From contig OZ242374.1 of the NCBI GenBank assembly GCA_965209055.1, positions 1-64,000 of the forward strand: a DNA stretch of 64,000 nt, written 5' to 3'. The translations under genes were made by a program, and so were the position numbers. Shown piece after piece: positions 19,103 to 31,308 of the stretch. This DNA comes from Acidobacteriota bacterium (GTDB taxonomy: Bacteria > Acidobacteriota > UBA6911 > RPQK01 > JAJDTT01). Below the pieces are notes generated by a model, which saw only the letters and a list, made by a program, of their open reading frames with translations, was not told where the DNA came from and did not search any database. The number at the start of each line of letters is the position of its first letter. Positions within the stretch are counted from its first letter, which is position 1.

Positions 19103-20530
19103 ATGGACCTCTTCGTATCGGCAGTCAGGGACACCGTCAAACGGTTTTCGTTGCTGAAGCCGGGTGATTCGGTGCTGTGCGCGGTTTCGGGCGGGCCCGA
19201 TTCGGTGGCGCTGCTCCGGGTCCTCAGGGAACTGAGCCGCGAGTGGCCGCTGTCGCTGTCGGCCCTCCACGTGAATCATGGCCTTCGAGGCGCCGAGTCC
19301 GATGCGGACGCAAGCTTCGTCGGAACGCTCTGCCGGCAATTGGAGGTCCCGCTCCACGTCCGGTCGCGCCCGCTGAAGCCGGGGCCGGGTACGAATCTTC
19401 AGGATCTGGCCCGAAGGCTCCGCTACCGGTTCCTCTCCGAGATCGCGTCAGCCGCCGGGTCCGTCGTGGCCACCGGGCACAACCTGCAGGATCAGGCCGA
19501 GACCTTTCTGTTGAAGCTGGCGCGCGGCGCCGGCCCCACGGGTATGTCGGGGATCTTCCCGGCGCGCGAGATTCTTCCTCACGGGCCGGAAGCGAGCCCG
19601 GTCCGCATGGTCCGCCCGTTGTTGGAGAGGGACCGGGAAGAAATACTGGGGTTTCTCGAACGCCGGGGACAGCCCTACCGGGACGATTCCAGCAACCGGA
19701 ATCTCCGCTACGATCGCAACTGGGTCCGCCACCACCTGATTCCCGACTTGCGCAGCCGCCTGAACCCGGCCCTGATTCCGACCCTGGGACGGACCGCCCG
19801 GCTCTGGCAGGAGGTGGCGGAGTTCCTGGACGACGAGGGGCGCAAGGCCTTCCGGTCGTGCCGGGAGACGCCGTCGATCCGTTCCGGCGAGGTCAGGCTG
19901 AGGGTCGCGGCGCTACTCGATCTGGCGCCGGCCCTCAGGAAAGAGGTGGTCCGGCATGCAGTGAGAACCTGCAAGGGGGATCTCCGGGACCTGGGCCTGG
20001 AGCACGTCGACCGGGTACTGGATCTGGTCTCCGGACGAAGCGGGAGACGGGTCCACCTGCCGGGAGAAATTGAGGCCGGCCTCGAATTCGACCACCTGAG
20101 ACTCGCCAGGAGGGTTCCGCCGGTCCGGTTCAGCCACCGGCTTCCGGTCCCCGGGGAGGTGGCCATTCCGGAAACCGGCCGGCACGTGGTCTGCCGCCGG
20201 ATGACGGCGCCCGCTGGAGATTCGGGTCAAACTCTGCTTCGTTTTCCAGGGTCCAGCCTGACGGTCCGGAACCGCGTGGCGGGGGACCGGTACCCAGGTC
20301 CGGGCGGGAAGAAGCTCAAGCGGCTCTTCCTGCGGCACCGCATCCCCAGGAGCGCCCGGGATTCCCTGGTGGTGGCGGAGGACGATGGCCGCCTGCTCTG
20401 GGTGGAGGGTCTTCCCGCGGACCCCAGGGTCCGCGCCTGTCCGGGCGAAAGGGAGGCGGTCCTGATCAAGGTGCTTGACGGTCCTCACGCCGGGTCGAGG
20501 GAACCCGGCGCGAGTCGGCATCGTGTATAG
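19103..20530 (+). CDS. tilS: tRNA(Ile)-lysidine synthetase
   Basis: AVSGGPDS PP-loop, HVNHGLRG, GHNLQDQAETF, RPLL, DSSN, RNWVRH. Confidence 0.95.
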   Translation: MDLFVSAVRDTVKRFSLLKPGDSVLCAVSGGPDSVALLRVLRELSREWPLSLSALHVNHGLRGAESDADASFVGTLCRQLEVPLHVRSRPLKPGPGTNLQDLARRLRYRFLSEIASAAGSVVATGHNLQDQAETFLLKLARGAGPTGMSGIFPAREILPHGPEASPVRMVRPLLERDREEILGFLERRGQPYRDDSSNRNLRYDRNWVRHHLIPDLRSRLNPALIPTLGRTARLWQEVAEFLDDEGRKAFRSCRETPSIRSGEVRLRVAALLDLAPALRKEVVRHAVRTCKGDLRDLGLEHVDRVLDLVSGRSGRRVHLPGEIEAGLEFDHLRLARRVPPVRFSHRLPVPGEVAIPETGRHVVCRRMTAPAGDSGQTLLRFPGSSLTVRNRVAGDRYPGPGGKKLKRLFLRHRIPRSARDSLVVAEDDGRLLWVEGLPADPRVRACPGEREAVLIKVLDGPHAGSREPGASRHRV

Positions 20531-20649
20531 AGGAGCGCCGCGGGAACGGTGCGGACCATGTTGAAAGAATCGGCGGGCGTGTTCAGACTCGGGACATTCC
20601 CCTATAATGGAACAATGTCCGACGTATCTGCGTCTCAGGAGGTCCGGTC

Positions 20650-22593
<1,944 letters not shown>

Positions 22594-22689
22594 CGCCTTC
22601 CGGCCGCTCCCCGTATCGGGAGGGTGCAGGCCGGAGGAGCGCCGGTTCTTTTCTACCGCCGGCTGTGGCGCCAGTCTCATTTTTCTTGC

Positions 22690-23583
22690 ATGCGAGAGAA
22701 TCGGCCAAAACGCGCAATTGGAGACGTCCGGAAATCTTTCACCCTGAGAGCCCGGGGCAGAAGTCTGGAGTTGGGTCCGGTCACCCGGACCATGGCGGTG
22801 ATCAACGTCACCCCCGACTCCTTCTCCGACGGCGGCAAGTTCCTCGCTGCCAACCAGGCCGTGGACCGTTGCCTGGAGTTGGCGGCCAAGGGCGCGGACA
22901 TCCTGGACATCGGCGGCGAGTCCACCCGCCCGGGCGTGTCCCCGGTTTCGGCCGCCCAGGAGTTGGACCGCATTCTGCCGGTGCTGGCGGGAATCCGGGG
23001 CCGCACATCCTGTCTCGTTTCCGTCGACACCTACAAGTCGCAGGTGGCGCGGGCGGCCCTGGACGCAGGCGCCCATATCGTCAACAACGTCGGCGCGCTG
23101 CAGTTGGACCCGGGCGTGGCGGAGGTTGCGGGCAAGGCCGGCGCCGCCATAGTGCTCATGCACATGCGGGGTACGCCACGCTCCATGCAGACCCTGCCTC
23201 CCAGCCGGGACATTCTGAAGGAGATCGAGCAAAATCTGGCCCAGGCGGTGGACCTTGCCGGCAGCTACGGAATCGCTCGTGATAGAATCGTTGTCGATCC
23301 CGGAATCGGGTTTGGCAAGACAGTAGAAGACAACCTCAAGGTCCTGAATCGGTTGCCACGATTGCGCCGGCTCCGGTTGCCAATTCTGGTGGGCACGTCC
23401 CGAAAGAGCTTTCTCGGCAAAATCCTCGACATCCCGGTGCAAGAAAGGCTGATTGCCACGGCGGCTTCGGTCGTGATGGCGGTGGTCGGGGGAGCCCACA
23501 TCGTGAGGGTTCACGATCTCGATGAAATGGTCCACGCGCTCCGAATAGCCGATTCGATTCTGGGCGAAAGGAGAGTCTGCTGA
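22690..23583 (+). CDS. folP: Dihydropteroate synthase
   Basis: INVTPDSFSDGG, DIGGESTRPG, DPGIGFGK, GTSRKSF, IVRVHD. Start uncertain. Confidence 0.96.
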   Translation: MRENRPKRAIGDVRKSFTLRARGRSLELGPVTRTMAVINVTPDSFSDGGKFLAANQAVDRCLELAAKGADILDIGGESTRPGVSPVSAAQELDRILPVLAGIRGRTSCLVSVDTYKSQVARAALDAGAHIVNNVGALQLDPGVAEVAGKAGAAIVLMHMRGTPRSMQTLPPSRDILKEIEQNLAQAVDLAGSYGIARDRIVVDPGIGFGKTVEDNLKVLNRLPRLRRLRLPILVGTSRKSFLGKILDIPVQERLIATAASVVMAVVGGAHIVRVHDLDEMVHALRIADSILGERRVC

Positions 23584-23584
23584 G

Positions 23585-24391
23585 GTGGACGCGTTCTCCG
23601 GTCTTTTCGATCTGGGTGTCCGGGATCTGCTCGACATCCTGGTGGTGACCGTCCTCATCTACCACATCCTGCTTCTGTTCAAGGGCACCCGCGGCTTGCA
23701 GATCACGCTGGGGGTCATGGGACTTTTGCTGGTCTACTACCTGGCCCGGACGCTGGAACTGCAGATGGTGGAGACCCTGTTCTCCAATTTCTTCGTCAAC
23801 TTCATCCTGGCCGCCATCATCATCTATCAGCGGGAGATCCGCCGGGGACTGGCCGCTCTGGGAAGAGGCAGATTCTTCCTGCCGTTGTTCACCTCTGCCC
23901 AACGGGCCAACTTGAATGGATTGGTGGCGACGACCGGCCACCTGTCCCGGGACAAGACCGGGGCCTTGATCGTCCTGGAGCGGGAAATCGGGCTCCGCAA
24001 CTACATCGAGACGGGAATCAAGCTGGACGCCCTGGTCGGAAATGATTTATTGCTGAGTATTTTCAGCCCCGGCTGTCCACTCCACGACGGGGCCGTAATC
24101 GTTCAGGCCGACCGCATCGCCGCGGCGGGTTGCTATCTTCCCCTGACCACGAGTCCGGATCTGGGTCGCCGTTGGGGAAGCCGCCACCGCGCCGGCCTCG
24201 GGATCTCGGAAGAAACCGACGCCATTTCCATCATTGTTTCCGAGGAGACGGGCAGCGTGTCGGTGGCGTTCCAGGGCAACCTGATCCAGGATCTGGAGGA
24301 CCCGAAGCTGCTGGCGCTGCTCCGGGAATTGATGGGAACTCGCCGGAGTCCATCCACCCAAGCGGTCCAGAGGAGCCCCAAGCCGGCATGA
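23585..24391 (+). CDS. cdaA: Diadenylate cyclase CdaA/DacA
   Basis: Three TM helices, LHDGAV and GSRHRA motifs, SEETG. Confidence 0.93.
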   Translation: MDAFSGLFDLGVRDLLDILVVTVLIYHILLLFKGTRGLQITLGVMGLLLVYYLARTLELQMVETLFSNFFVNFILAAIIIYQREIRRGLAALGRGRFFLPLFTSAQRANLNGLVATTGHLSRDKTGALIVLEREIGLRNYIETGIKLDALVGNDLLLSIFSPGCPLHDGAVIVQADRIAAAGCYLPLTTSPDLGRRWGSRHRAGLGISEETDAISIIVSEETGSVSVAFQGNLIQDLEDPKLLALLRELMGTRRSPSTQAVQRSPKPA

Positions 24392-25335
24392 TCCGTCTGC
24401 GCCAGTGGATCCTGAACAATTTCGGCCTGAAGCTGATCTCTCTTGGCCTCTCCTTCCTGCTCTGGAATCTGTTGGGGGTCAAGGACGAAGTCATTCGAGT
24501 GGTGACGGTTCCGGTCCAGTTCGTCAACCTGGCGCCCGACCTTGAGATCTCCACCGACTACGAACATGAGGTGGAGGTGACCATTCGCTCCGGGCGGACG
24601 ATTGCCATCGAGGAAGTGGCGGGCCGAATGTCGGCCGAAATCGATCTCCAGAGCATGGTGGCCGGCAAGGTCCAGATTTCCCTGACCGAACACAACATCA
24701 GCAACCGCCCGCTTGGCGTGGACGTCTTGAGCATCGCCCCCAATCCGCTGCAGTTGGAGTTGGAGCAGATCCATCACAAGATGGTGGAGGTTCGGCCTCG
24801 GTTGGAGGGTGAGCCGGAGGAAGGGTATGCACTGGTCGAAGTCCGGAGTTCGCCCCCGGAGGTGAGAGTGTCGGGCCTGGAGGCGGTGCTGGCCAAGGTT
24901 TCCGCCGTCCCGACCGAAACCGTCGACATTTCCGGCCGCTCCTCCGGTTTCGATGCGGACGTCGACCTGGATCCTCAAAATCCCCGGGTCACGATCGACG
25001 GCAGTTCCCCCGTCGTTTTGCAGATCCTGATCGAGGAAAAAAGGCGCGAGCTGACGCTGTCGCGAGTCGCCGTGGAGCTGGAATCTCCGAGGGACGGGAC
25101 CAGTCTCATGACCCGCTCGTTGAATCTGGTGGTGTCGGTCCCCATCTCCTTCGAGGGAGAGATCTCCAGCAAGGACTTTCGAGCCCGTGTGGCGGCGGAC
25201 AATCTTGAGCCCAAGCGCCAGCCCCATGAGATTCTTCCCGAGATCGTGGCTGTCTCCGAACGCGAAGATCTGGAGGACGTCTACCGGGTGGAATCGACCC
25301 GTCCCGAGCAAGTCCGGATCCGGGTCAGGCGATAG
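24388..25335 (+). CDS. cdaR: CdaR/YbbR-like cyclase regulator
   Basis: NFGLKLISLGLSFLLW anchor, YbbR-like beta repeats, ATGA overlap with cdaA. Confidence 0.85.
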   Translation: MIRLRQWILNNFGLKLISLGLSFLLWNLLGVKDEVIRVVTVPVQFVNLAPDLEISTDYEHEVEVTIRSGRTIAIEEVAGRMSAEIDLQSMVAGKVQISLTEHNISNRPLGVDVLSIAPNPLQLELEQIHHKMVEVRPRLEGEPEEGYALVEVRSSPPEVRVSGLEAVLAKVSAVPTETVDISGRSSGFDADVDLDPQNPRVTIDGSSPVVLQILIEEKRRELTLSRVAVELESPRDGTSLMTRSLNLVVSVPISFEGEISSKDFRARVAADNLEPKRQPHEILPEIVAVSEREDLEDVYRVESTRPEQVRIRVRR

Positions 25336-25343
25336 CTGCCCGA

Positions 25344-26729
25344 ATGTCCACTCTCTTCGGGACCGACGGAATTCGAGGGGTGGCGGGCGAACCTCCGCTG
25401 GACCCCGCGACCATCTTTCGAATCGGCCGGTGCCTCGCCCGCCAGGGGTGCAGGTCGGTGGTGGTGGGGAGGGACACTCGAGAGAGCGGCCCCTGGATGG
25501 AAGAGGCCTTGAGCCGCGGTCTCGCGGCCGCCGGCGCCCGCGTGACCCTCGCCGGAGTGTTGCCGACTCCCGCCGTCTCCATCCTCTGCCGGGATTCGGA
25601 ATTCGACGCCGGCGTCGTCGTCTCGGCCTCTCATAACGTCTACAGCGACAACGGCCTGAAATTCTTCACGGCGCGGGGGCGGAAGCTGTCGCGGCGTCGC
25701 GAGCTGGCGCTTGAGACGCTCATTGCGGCTGACGGTTCAAAGTCCCCCGCGCCGCCTCCTCCCCGTTCGAGTCCGCCGGCGTTGATCCGGACCGAACCCG
25801 GCTGTCTCGGGATGTACTCCAGGTTTCTGCGGTCGACCCTGGAGGTGGGGAGTCTGAAGCCCCTGAAGCTGATTCTGGATTGCGCTTCCGGAGCCGCATC
25901 CCAGGTGGCGCCCCGGCTCTTCAGCAGCCTTGGGGCTCGCGTTCACCTCATCGACGCGCCGGCCGACGGCCGGAACATCAATCGGGACTGCGGGGCGGTC
26001 CATCCCCGGCGGATGGCTCGAGCCGTAGTCGAAACGGGGGCCGACTTCGGCGCCGCCTTCGACGGAGACGCCGACCGCGCCATTCTGGCCGATCACCGCG
26101 GACGGATCCTGACCGGGGATCACATACTCTATGTTCTGGCCCGGCACCTGTCGGAACGAAACCGCCTGCCCACCCGCCGGGTGGTCGCCACCGTCATGTC
26201 CAACCTGGGGCTCGAGGCCGCCCTGGCGGGCCTGGGTGTGAGCCTGGTCCGGACGCAAGTCGGAGACAGAAACGTCCTGGAGTCCATGGTGGAGGGAGGA
26301 GACGCTCTGGGTGGGGAGCCTTCGGGTCACATCATTCTCGGAGAGCACTCCCTGGCGGGAGACGGTATCCTGACCACCCTGAAGATGGCTCAGGTGTTGC
26401 TTCAGGAACGCCGTTCGCTGGCCCGGTTGAGCGCCGGGCTGCGACTTTGCCCGCAGGTCCTCCGAAGCGTCATCGTGGGAGGGCGGGGGCAGGATCTCCT
26501 GGACGACCGGAGGGTCCGCGGCCGCATCGGATCCGTTCAGGAGTCCTTGCAGGGCAGGGGCCGGGTCCTGGTGCGCTGCTCCGGGACCGAACCGGTGGTC
26601 AGGATTATGGTTGAAGGAGAGGATCGGGAGCATCTGGAAGAATGCGTGGAAGGAATCGCCGCTCAGATCCGGAGCTCCCTCAAACGGCTGGCGGGAACGC
26701 CCGGCACCAGACGGCGGGAGCGTTCTTGA
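25344..26729 (+). CDS. glmM: Phosphoglucosamine mutase
   Basis: LFGTDGIRG, SASHN, FDGDADR, GGEPSGH, RCSGTEP. Confidence 0.95.
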   Translation: MSTLFGTDGIRGVAGEPPLDPATIFRIGRCLARQGCRSVVVGRDTRESGPWMEEALSRGLAAAGARVTLAGVLPTPAVSILCRDSEFDAGVVVSASHNVYSDNGLKFFTARGRKLSRRRELALETLIAADGSKSPAPPPPRSSPPALIRTEPGCLGMYSRFLRSTLEVGSLKPLKLILDCASGAASQVAPRLFSSLGARVHLIDAPADGRNINRDCGAVHPRRMARAVVETGADFGAAFDGDADRAILADHRGRILTGDHILYVLARHLSERNRLPTRRVVATVMSNLGLEAALAGLGVSLVRTQVGDRNVLESMVEGGDALGGEPSGHIILGEHSLAGDGILTTLKMAQVLLQERRSLARLSAGLRLCPQVLRSVIVGGRGQDLLDDRRVRGRIGSVQESLQGRGRVLVRCSGTEPVVRIMVEGEDREHLEECVEGIAAQIRSSLKRLAGTPGTRRRERS

Positions 26730-29700
26730 GTCCGGATTCGTCCCTGCAACCATCCCCGGCGGCGTCGGGCCCACGGCCTCCCGCGGCTTCACAACTGTTC
26801 GAGACCCTGGCCGGGAAAGCGCTCTGCAACCGGCGTCTCGACGGTCTCCGCGGAGCCGATTCGGCCCTGGTGCTGGCGTCCATCTATCGAAGAGATCCCG
26901 GCTCCTATCTCTGGTTGGGCCGGAGCAATCGGGATCTGGAGACGATGGCGGCAAATCTTCGGCTTTTCCTGCCCGCAGAGTGCCGGAATCGGGTCCTGGT
27001 TCTTCCCGGGTCCGAAGCGGACCCCTATCGCGGGCTGTCTCCCCACCCCGAGATCGCTGCGGCTCGAGCCGCCGCTCTCTGGAAGATACTCCGCTGGAAC
27101 CAGGGATTGATCCTGACGACGCTGACCGCCTTGACGCCCCGGCTTCCTTCGGCCCAAACCTTCATGAGCCAGTGTCTCGACCTGGAAACGGGAAGGTTCT
27201 TCCCTCCGGACCACCTGACGCGAACCCTGGACCAGGCGGGTTACGTCCGGGAAGAACCGGTCGGCACAGTGGGAGAATACTCGGTGCGGGGCGGCATCGT
27301 CGACGTTTTCCCGCCGTCGAGTTCGGCTCCCGTGCGCATCGAATTTTTTGGAGACGAGATCGAATCGATTCGCGAATTCGATCCGAATTCACAGCGGTCG
27401 GTGGCGCTGGTGCCCGGTTGCCGCGTGGTCCCCATGAGGGAGTTGTCCGTCACGGCCCGCGACATCTCCCGATGGCACCGTGAAGCTCCGGATCACTGGT
27501 CGGAAGTTCGATTCGCGCAGGCCCTGGAGGAACGGCTCCAGTTCACCGCCAACGGCGAGCTCTTCAACGGCTTCGAAGCGCTGTTTCCCCTCGTGGTGCC
27601 GACCCGGCATCATCTGCTGGATTTCGTCCAGGCGGAGGGCCGATCCTCCCCGACGCTGGTCCTCTCCGACTGGGATGAACTCCGGGATGAGCACACGAAG
27701 ATTCGGGAACGGTGGGAGGAGAGCTATCGGGAACGGACGGAAGACGGAGATCTCGCTCTGCCGCCGGACCGGCTGTACTGGTCCGCGGAGGTGGTGGAGA
27801 GCTGGACGAAGGAATGCCCGTCCTTTTACCTGAGCCGGCTTTTTCAAGGCCGGGAAGCGGTGGAACGTTTCGATTTCCGAAGCGAACGGCAGTATTCGGG
27901 TCAGCTTCGCGCGTTGTTTTCCGACCTCGAGGAATGGACCAGGCGGGAACGGGTCGTCTTCGTGATGAAGACGCCGGGAATGGTCGACCGATTGGTGGAT
28001 ATCTTTCGCGAATACGATATCCACCTGCATCGTGCTTCCGGGTTCGACAGCGCCCTGGATCACGGGACCGCCGTCATCCAGGGACGGCTTTCGCAAGGGT
28101 TCCACTCGCCCGGCCTGGGTCTGCACCTGTTGGGCGAGGAGAACCTCTTCGCCGAGAGCCTCCGGCCCCCGGCGCCCCCCCGGACCAAACCGGACCCCGC
28201 CGCCGCCTTTCTGTCCGATTTCCGGGATCTGAAGTCGGGCGATTACGTGGTTCACGTCGATCATGGAATCGGACTCTTCCAGGGACTCCGGTCGCTGGGT
28301 GTCGGCGGCGACAGCCGGGAGTTCCTGGTGGTCGGCTTCCGGGGGGACGACAAGCTTTACGTCCCGGCGGATCGGTTGGACCAAATTCAGAAATACAGCA
28401 GTTCCGGAGAGTCCCGGCCGCGGTTGGATCGACTGGGAGGCGCCTCCTGGGACAAGACCAAGAAGCGGATCAAGAAGTCCATGCGGAGCATGGCCCAGGA
28501 TCTGCTCAAGTTGTACGCGCAGCGGGAGGTGGCCCGGGGGCATGTCTTTCCGGAGGACGACGCCCTGGTCAGGGAGTTCGAGGCGGCTTTCCCGTATGAG
28601 GAAACCCCCGATCAGGCCGACGCCATCGAGGCCGTCAAGAAGGACATGATGGCGCCGCGTCCCATGGACCGCCTGGTCTGCGGAGACGTGGGATACGGAA
28701 AGACCGAAGTGGCCATGAGAGCCGCCTTCCGGGCGGTCAACGACAGCAAGCAGGTGGCCATTCTGACCCCCACGACGGTCCTGGCGCTGCAGCACTACAA
28801 TACCTTTCGCGAGCGCTTCCAGGGGTTCCCCGTCTCCATCGAGATGATCAGCCGCCTTCGCAACCGCAGCCAGCAACGGGGGATCCTCCGGAACACGGAA
28901 TCGGGAAAGACCGACGTTCTCATCGGAACCCACCGGCTCCTCTCGCGGGACGTCCGGTTCCGGGACCTGGGGCTCATCGTGGTGGACGAGGAGCAACGGT
29001 TCGGAGTCGCTCAGAAGGAACGGCTCAAGCGCCTGAAGACCCGGGTGGACGTGCTCAATCTGTCGGCAACGCCGATTCCCCGCACCCTGAGCATGTCGCT
29101 GACGGGCGTCCGCGACCTCTCCATCATCGAGACGCCCCCCAAGGACCGCCTGGCCATTCAGACCGCCGTGGTCAGGTTCAGCCGGTCGTTGATTCGCACC
29201 GCCATCGACCTGGAGCTGAAGCGCCAGGGACAGGTTTTCCTGGTCCACAACTCGGTGGAGACCATTTACAGCATCGCGCGCATGATCCAGGACACGGTGC
29301 CCGAAGCTCGCGTCGCGGTTGGACACGGCCAGATGAGGGAGACCCAGTTGGAGAAGGTCATGCTGGATTTCCTCGACTATCGCTACGACGTGCTGGTCGC
29401 CACCACCATTATCGAAAACGGTCTGGACATCCCGCGGGCCAATACTCTCCTGGTGAACCGGGCCCACCGGTTCGGACTCGCCCAGCTCTACCAGCTCAGG
29501 GGCCGGGTGGGCCGGTCCAATCGCAGGGCCTACGCCTATCTGCTGATTCCCTCGGAGGAGACTCTGAGCACCGACGCCGCCAAACGCCTTGCGGCAATTC
29601 GGGAATTCAGCGATCTGGGTTCCGGATTTCGCATCGCCGCCATGGATCTGGAGATCCGCGGATCGGGCAATCTGCTGGGACAGGAACAACATGGGCACAT

Positions 29701-30250
29701 CAATGCCGTCGGCTTCGAGCTCTACCTGAAGCTGCTGCAGGAGGCGATCCGGGAGTTGAAGGGAGAGGAGACGGCGGAGGAGATCCAAATCAGCATCGAC
29801 CTCGGCTTGGACATCCACATTCCGCAACATTACATCGCCGATCCGAGTCAGCGCCTCTGGCTCTACAAGCGGCTGAGTATTCTCTCGAGCCGGAGATCTC
29901 TGGAAAACCTGAAGGAGGAGGTCGAGGACCGGTTCGGAAAGTACCCGCGTTCCGTCTCCAATCTTTTCGAGTACGGAGCATTGCGGCTGGGGGCGAGTCG
30001 TTTGAGAATCAGTTCCATCGAACTCAGCGGGGGGCGGATTTCCCTCAGGTTCAGGGATGACACGCCGGTGTCTCCTCACGACATCGTCGCCCTGGTCCAA
30101 GGGAGAACCGATCTCACTCTGGCGCAAGGCGGGGTTCTCAATGTTCGAGTGCCGTCTTCCGATCCCGCGACCCTCTTCGCTTGCGTCGGCGACGTGCTCG
30201 AGCGCATCGGCGAGAGGATCGGGAGCCGGGGAATCAAGAGTCCGGAGTGA
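26726..30250 (+). CDS. mfd: Transcription-repair coupling factor
   Basis: RGGIVDVF, VVHVDHGIG, CGDVGYGKTEVA, DEEQRFGV, QLRGRVGR, C-terminal TRCF domain. TTG start inferred from the overlap with the glmM stop. Confidence 0.97.
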   Translation: MSPDSSLQPSPAASGPRPPAASQLFETLAGKALCNRRLDGLRGADSALVLASIYRRDPGSYLWLGRSNRDLETMAANLRLFLPAECRNRVLVLPGSEADPYRGLSPHPEIAAARAAALWKILRWNQGLILTTLTALTPRLPSAQTFMSQCLDLETGRFFPPDHLTRTLDQAGYVREEPVGTVGEYSVRGGIVDVFPPSSSAPVRIEFFGDEIESIREFDPNSQRSVALVPGCRVVPMRELSVTARDISRWHREAPDHWSEVRFAQALEERLQFTANGELFNGFEALFPLVVPTRHHLLDFVQAEGRSSPTLVLSDWDELRDEHTKIRERWEESYRERTEDGDLALPPDRLYWSAEVVESWTKECPSFYLSRLFQGREAVERFDFRSERQYSGQLRALFSDLEEWTRRERVVFVMKTPGMVDRLVDIFREYDIHLHRASGFDSALDHGTAVIQGRLSQGFHSPGLGLHLLGEENLFAESLRPPAPPRTKPDPAAAFLSDFRDLKSGDYVVHVDHGIGLFQGLRSLGVGGDSREFLVVGFRGDDKLYVPADRLDQIQKYSSSGESRPRLDRLGGASWDKTKKRIKKSMRSMAQDLLKLYAQREVARGHVFPEDDALVREFEAAFPYEETPDQADAIEAVKKDMMAPRPMDRLVCGDVGYGKTEVAMRAAFRAVNDSKQVAILTPTTVLALQHYNTFRERFQGFPVSIEMISRLRNRSQQRGILRNTESGKTDVLIGTHRLLSRDVRFRDLGLIVVDEEQRFGVAQKERLKRLKTRVDVLNLSATPIPRTLSMSLTGVRDLSIIETPPKDRLAIQTAVVRFSRSLIRTAIDLELKRQGQVFLVHNSVETIYSIARMIQDTVPEARVAVGHGQMRETQLEKVMLDFLDYRYDVLVATTIIENGLDIPRANTLLVNRAHRFGLAQLYQLRGRVGRSNRRAYAYLLIPSEETLSTDAAKRLAAIREFSDLGSGFRIAAMDLEIRGSGNLLGQEQHGHINAVGFELYLKLLQEAIRELKGEETAEEIQISIDLGLDIHIPQHYIADPSQRLWLYKRLSILSSRRSLENLKEEVEDRFGKYPRSVSNLFEYGALRLGASRLRISSIELSGGRISLRFRDDTPVSPHDIVALVQGRTDLTLAQGGVLNVRVPSSDPATLFACVGDVLERIGERIGSRGIKSPE

Positions 30251-30351
30251 CGGAAGAGGCGAGATCCTGCCGGGCTCTGAGCCGGCGGATTCTGCCCCGT
30301 CAGGCGGCCCGGCCCGGCGATATCGTGTGTGGGCTGATAGAATGGGCGGCG

Positions 30352-31308
30352 ATGCTCGCGAGTCTGAAAGCGATTCACGCCGGTGGGACGCTGGGCAGGT
30401 GCTGGATCGGGACGGCGCTGCTGCTTCATCTGGGTTGGGCCGCCTGCGGGCTTCCGGCCGGAGACGCCCGATCGCCCGAACGGGAGACTCTGGTGGCGGA
30501 ATTGGACGCGGAGCAGATCACGCTTCGAGAATTCGAAGCCTACTTGGCGACGGAGCCGGACTCGGGACAGGTCCCGCCTCGGAAAAGCCGGTTTCGCGAC
30601 TTTGTGGTGGAAAAAATACTTCTGCGCCAGGCTCAGGCTGACGGCATCAGCGTTGCCGACGAGGAACTGGAGGAGCAGATGGGGAATCTCCAGATCGAAG
30701 CGGGAGACGCTGAATTCTCCGAACGCTTGCGCCGATTCCTCACCTTTCACAAGTTGCTGAAGCTGAAGGTGCAGGACCAGGTGGAAGTGACTCCGTCCGA
30801 CGTTCGCGACTTCTACGGGAGCCAACACGAACAGTTTCGGGTTGGTGACTCGGGACGGGTCCTGGAGATCCTGGTCGCCGACCGGGCCCGAGCCCGGGAG
30901 ATTCGAGGAATGCTGGAGCCGGGAGACGTCCGGCAGTTCCAGGAGGTGGCCCGATTGCACTCCGAGGGCCTGACCGCGGAAACCGGCGGAGTCCTGGGGA
31001 CCTTCGAGCGGGGTCAATTGCCGAGCGAGTTCGAAAAAGTCATCTTGTCACTCGAGCCGGGTGAGATCAGTGACGTGTTTCGATCCCGGCACGGGTACCA
31101 CCTCTTCATGGTGGAGGAATGGATACGGCGGCACCACAAGCGCCTCTACCTTGTCCAAGAGGGGATCTTCTCAACTTTGATTGCACAGCAGGAGAGCGCC
31201 GCAGTGGATTCCTACATCGAGGGTCTGCTGGCCGGGGCCTCGCTCCGGATCTACGACAGGGAGCTCGACTTCCGGGAGAGCGATGATCATGTTTCCGCAA
31301 CGAATTAG
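30352..31308 (+). CDS. PpiC/parvulin-type peptidyl-prolyl isomerase (SurA/PrsA-like)
   Basis: FQEVARLHS..GGVLG..LEPGEISDVFRSRHGYHLF. Start uncertain. Confidence 0.85.
   Translation: MLASLKAIHAGGTLGRCWIGTALLLHLGWAACGLPAGDARSPERETLVAELDAEQITLREFEAYLATEPDSGQVPPRKSRFRDFVVEKILLRQAQADGISVADEELEEQMGNLQIEAGDAEFSERLRRFLTFHKLLKLKVQDQVEVTPSDVRDFYGSQHEQFRVGDSGRVLEILVADRARAREIRGMLEPGDVRQFQEVARLHSEGLTAETGGVLGTFERGQLPSEFEKVILSLEPGEISDVFRSRHGYHLFMVEEWIRRHHKRLYLVQEGIFSTLIAQQESAAVDSYIEGLLAGASLRIYDRELDFRESDDHVSATN

Noticed and set aside
23585-26729. cdaA-cdaR-glmM c-di-AMP module as a novelty
   Set aside because: A well-known conserved operon.
27389-30127. Long antisense ORFs here and at 6276-8633, 33769-35595, 43513-45606 and 59047-61923
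   Set aside because: Typical high-GC shadows of well-supported genes on the opposite strand, with no recognisable motifs.
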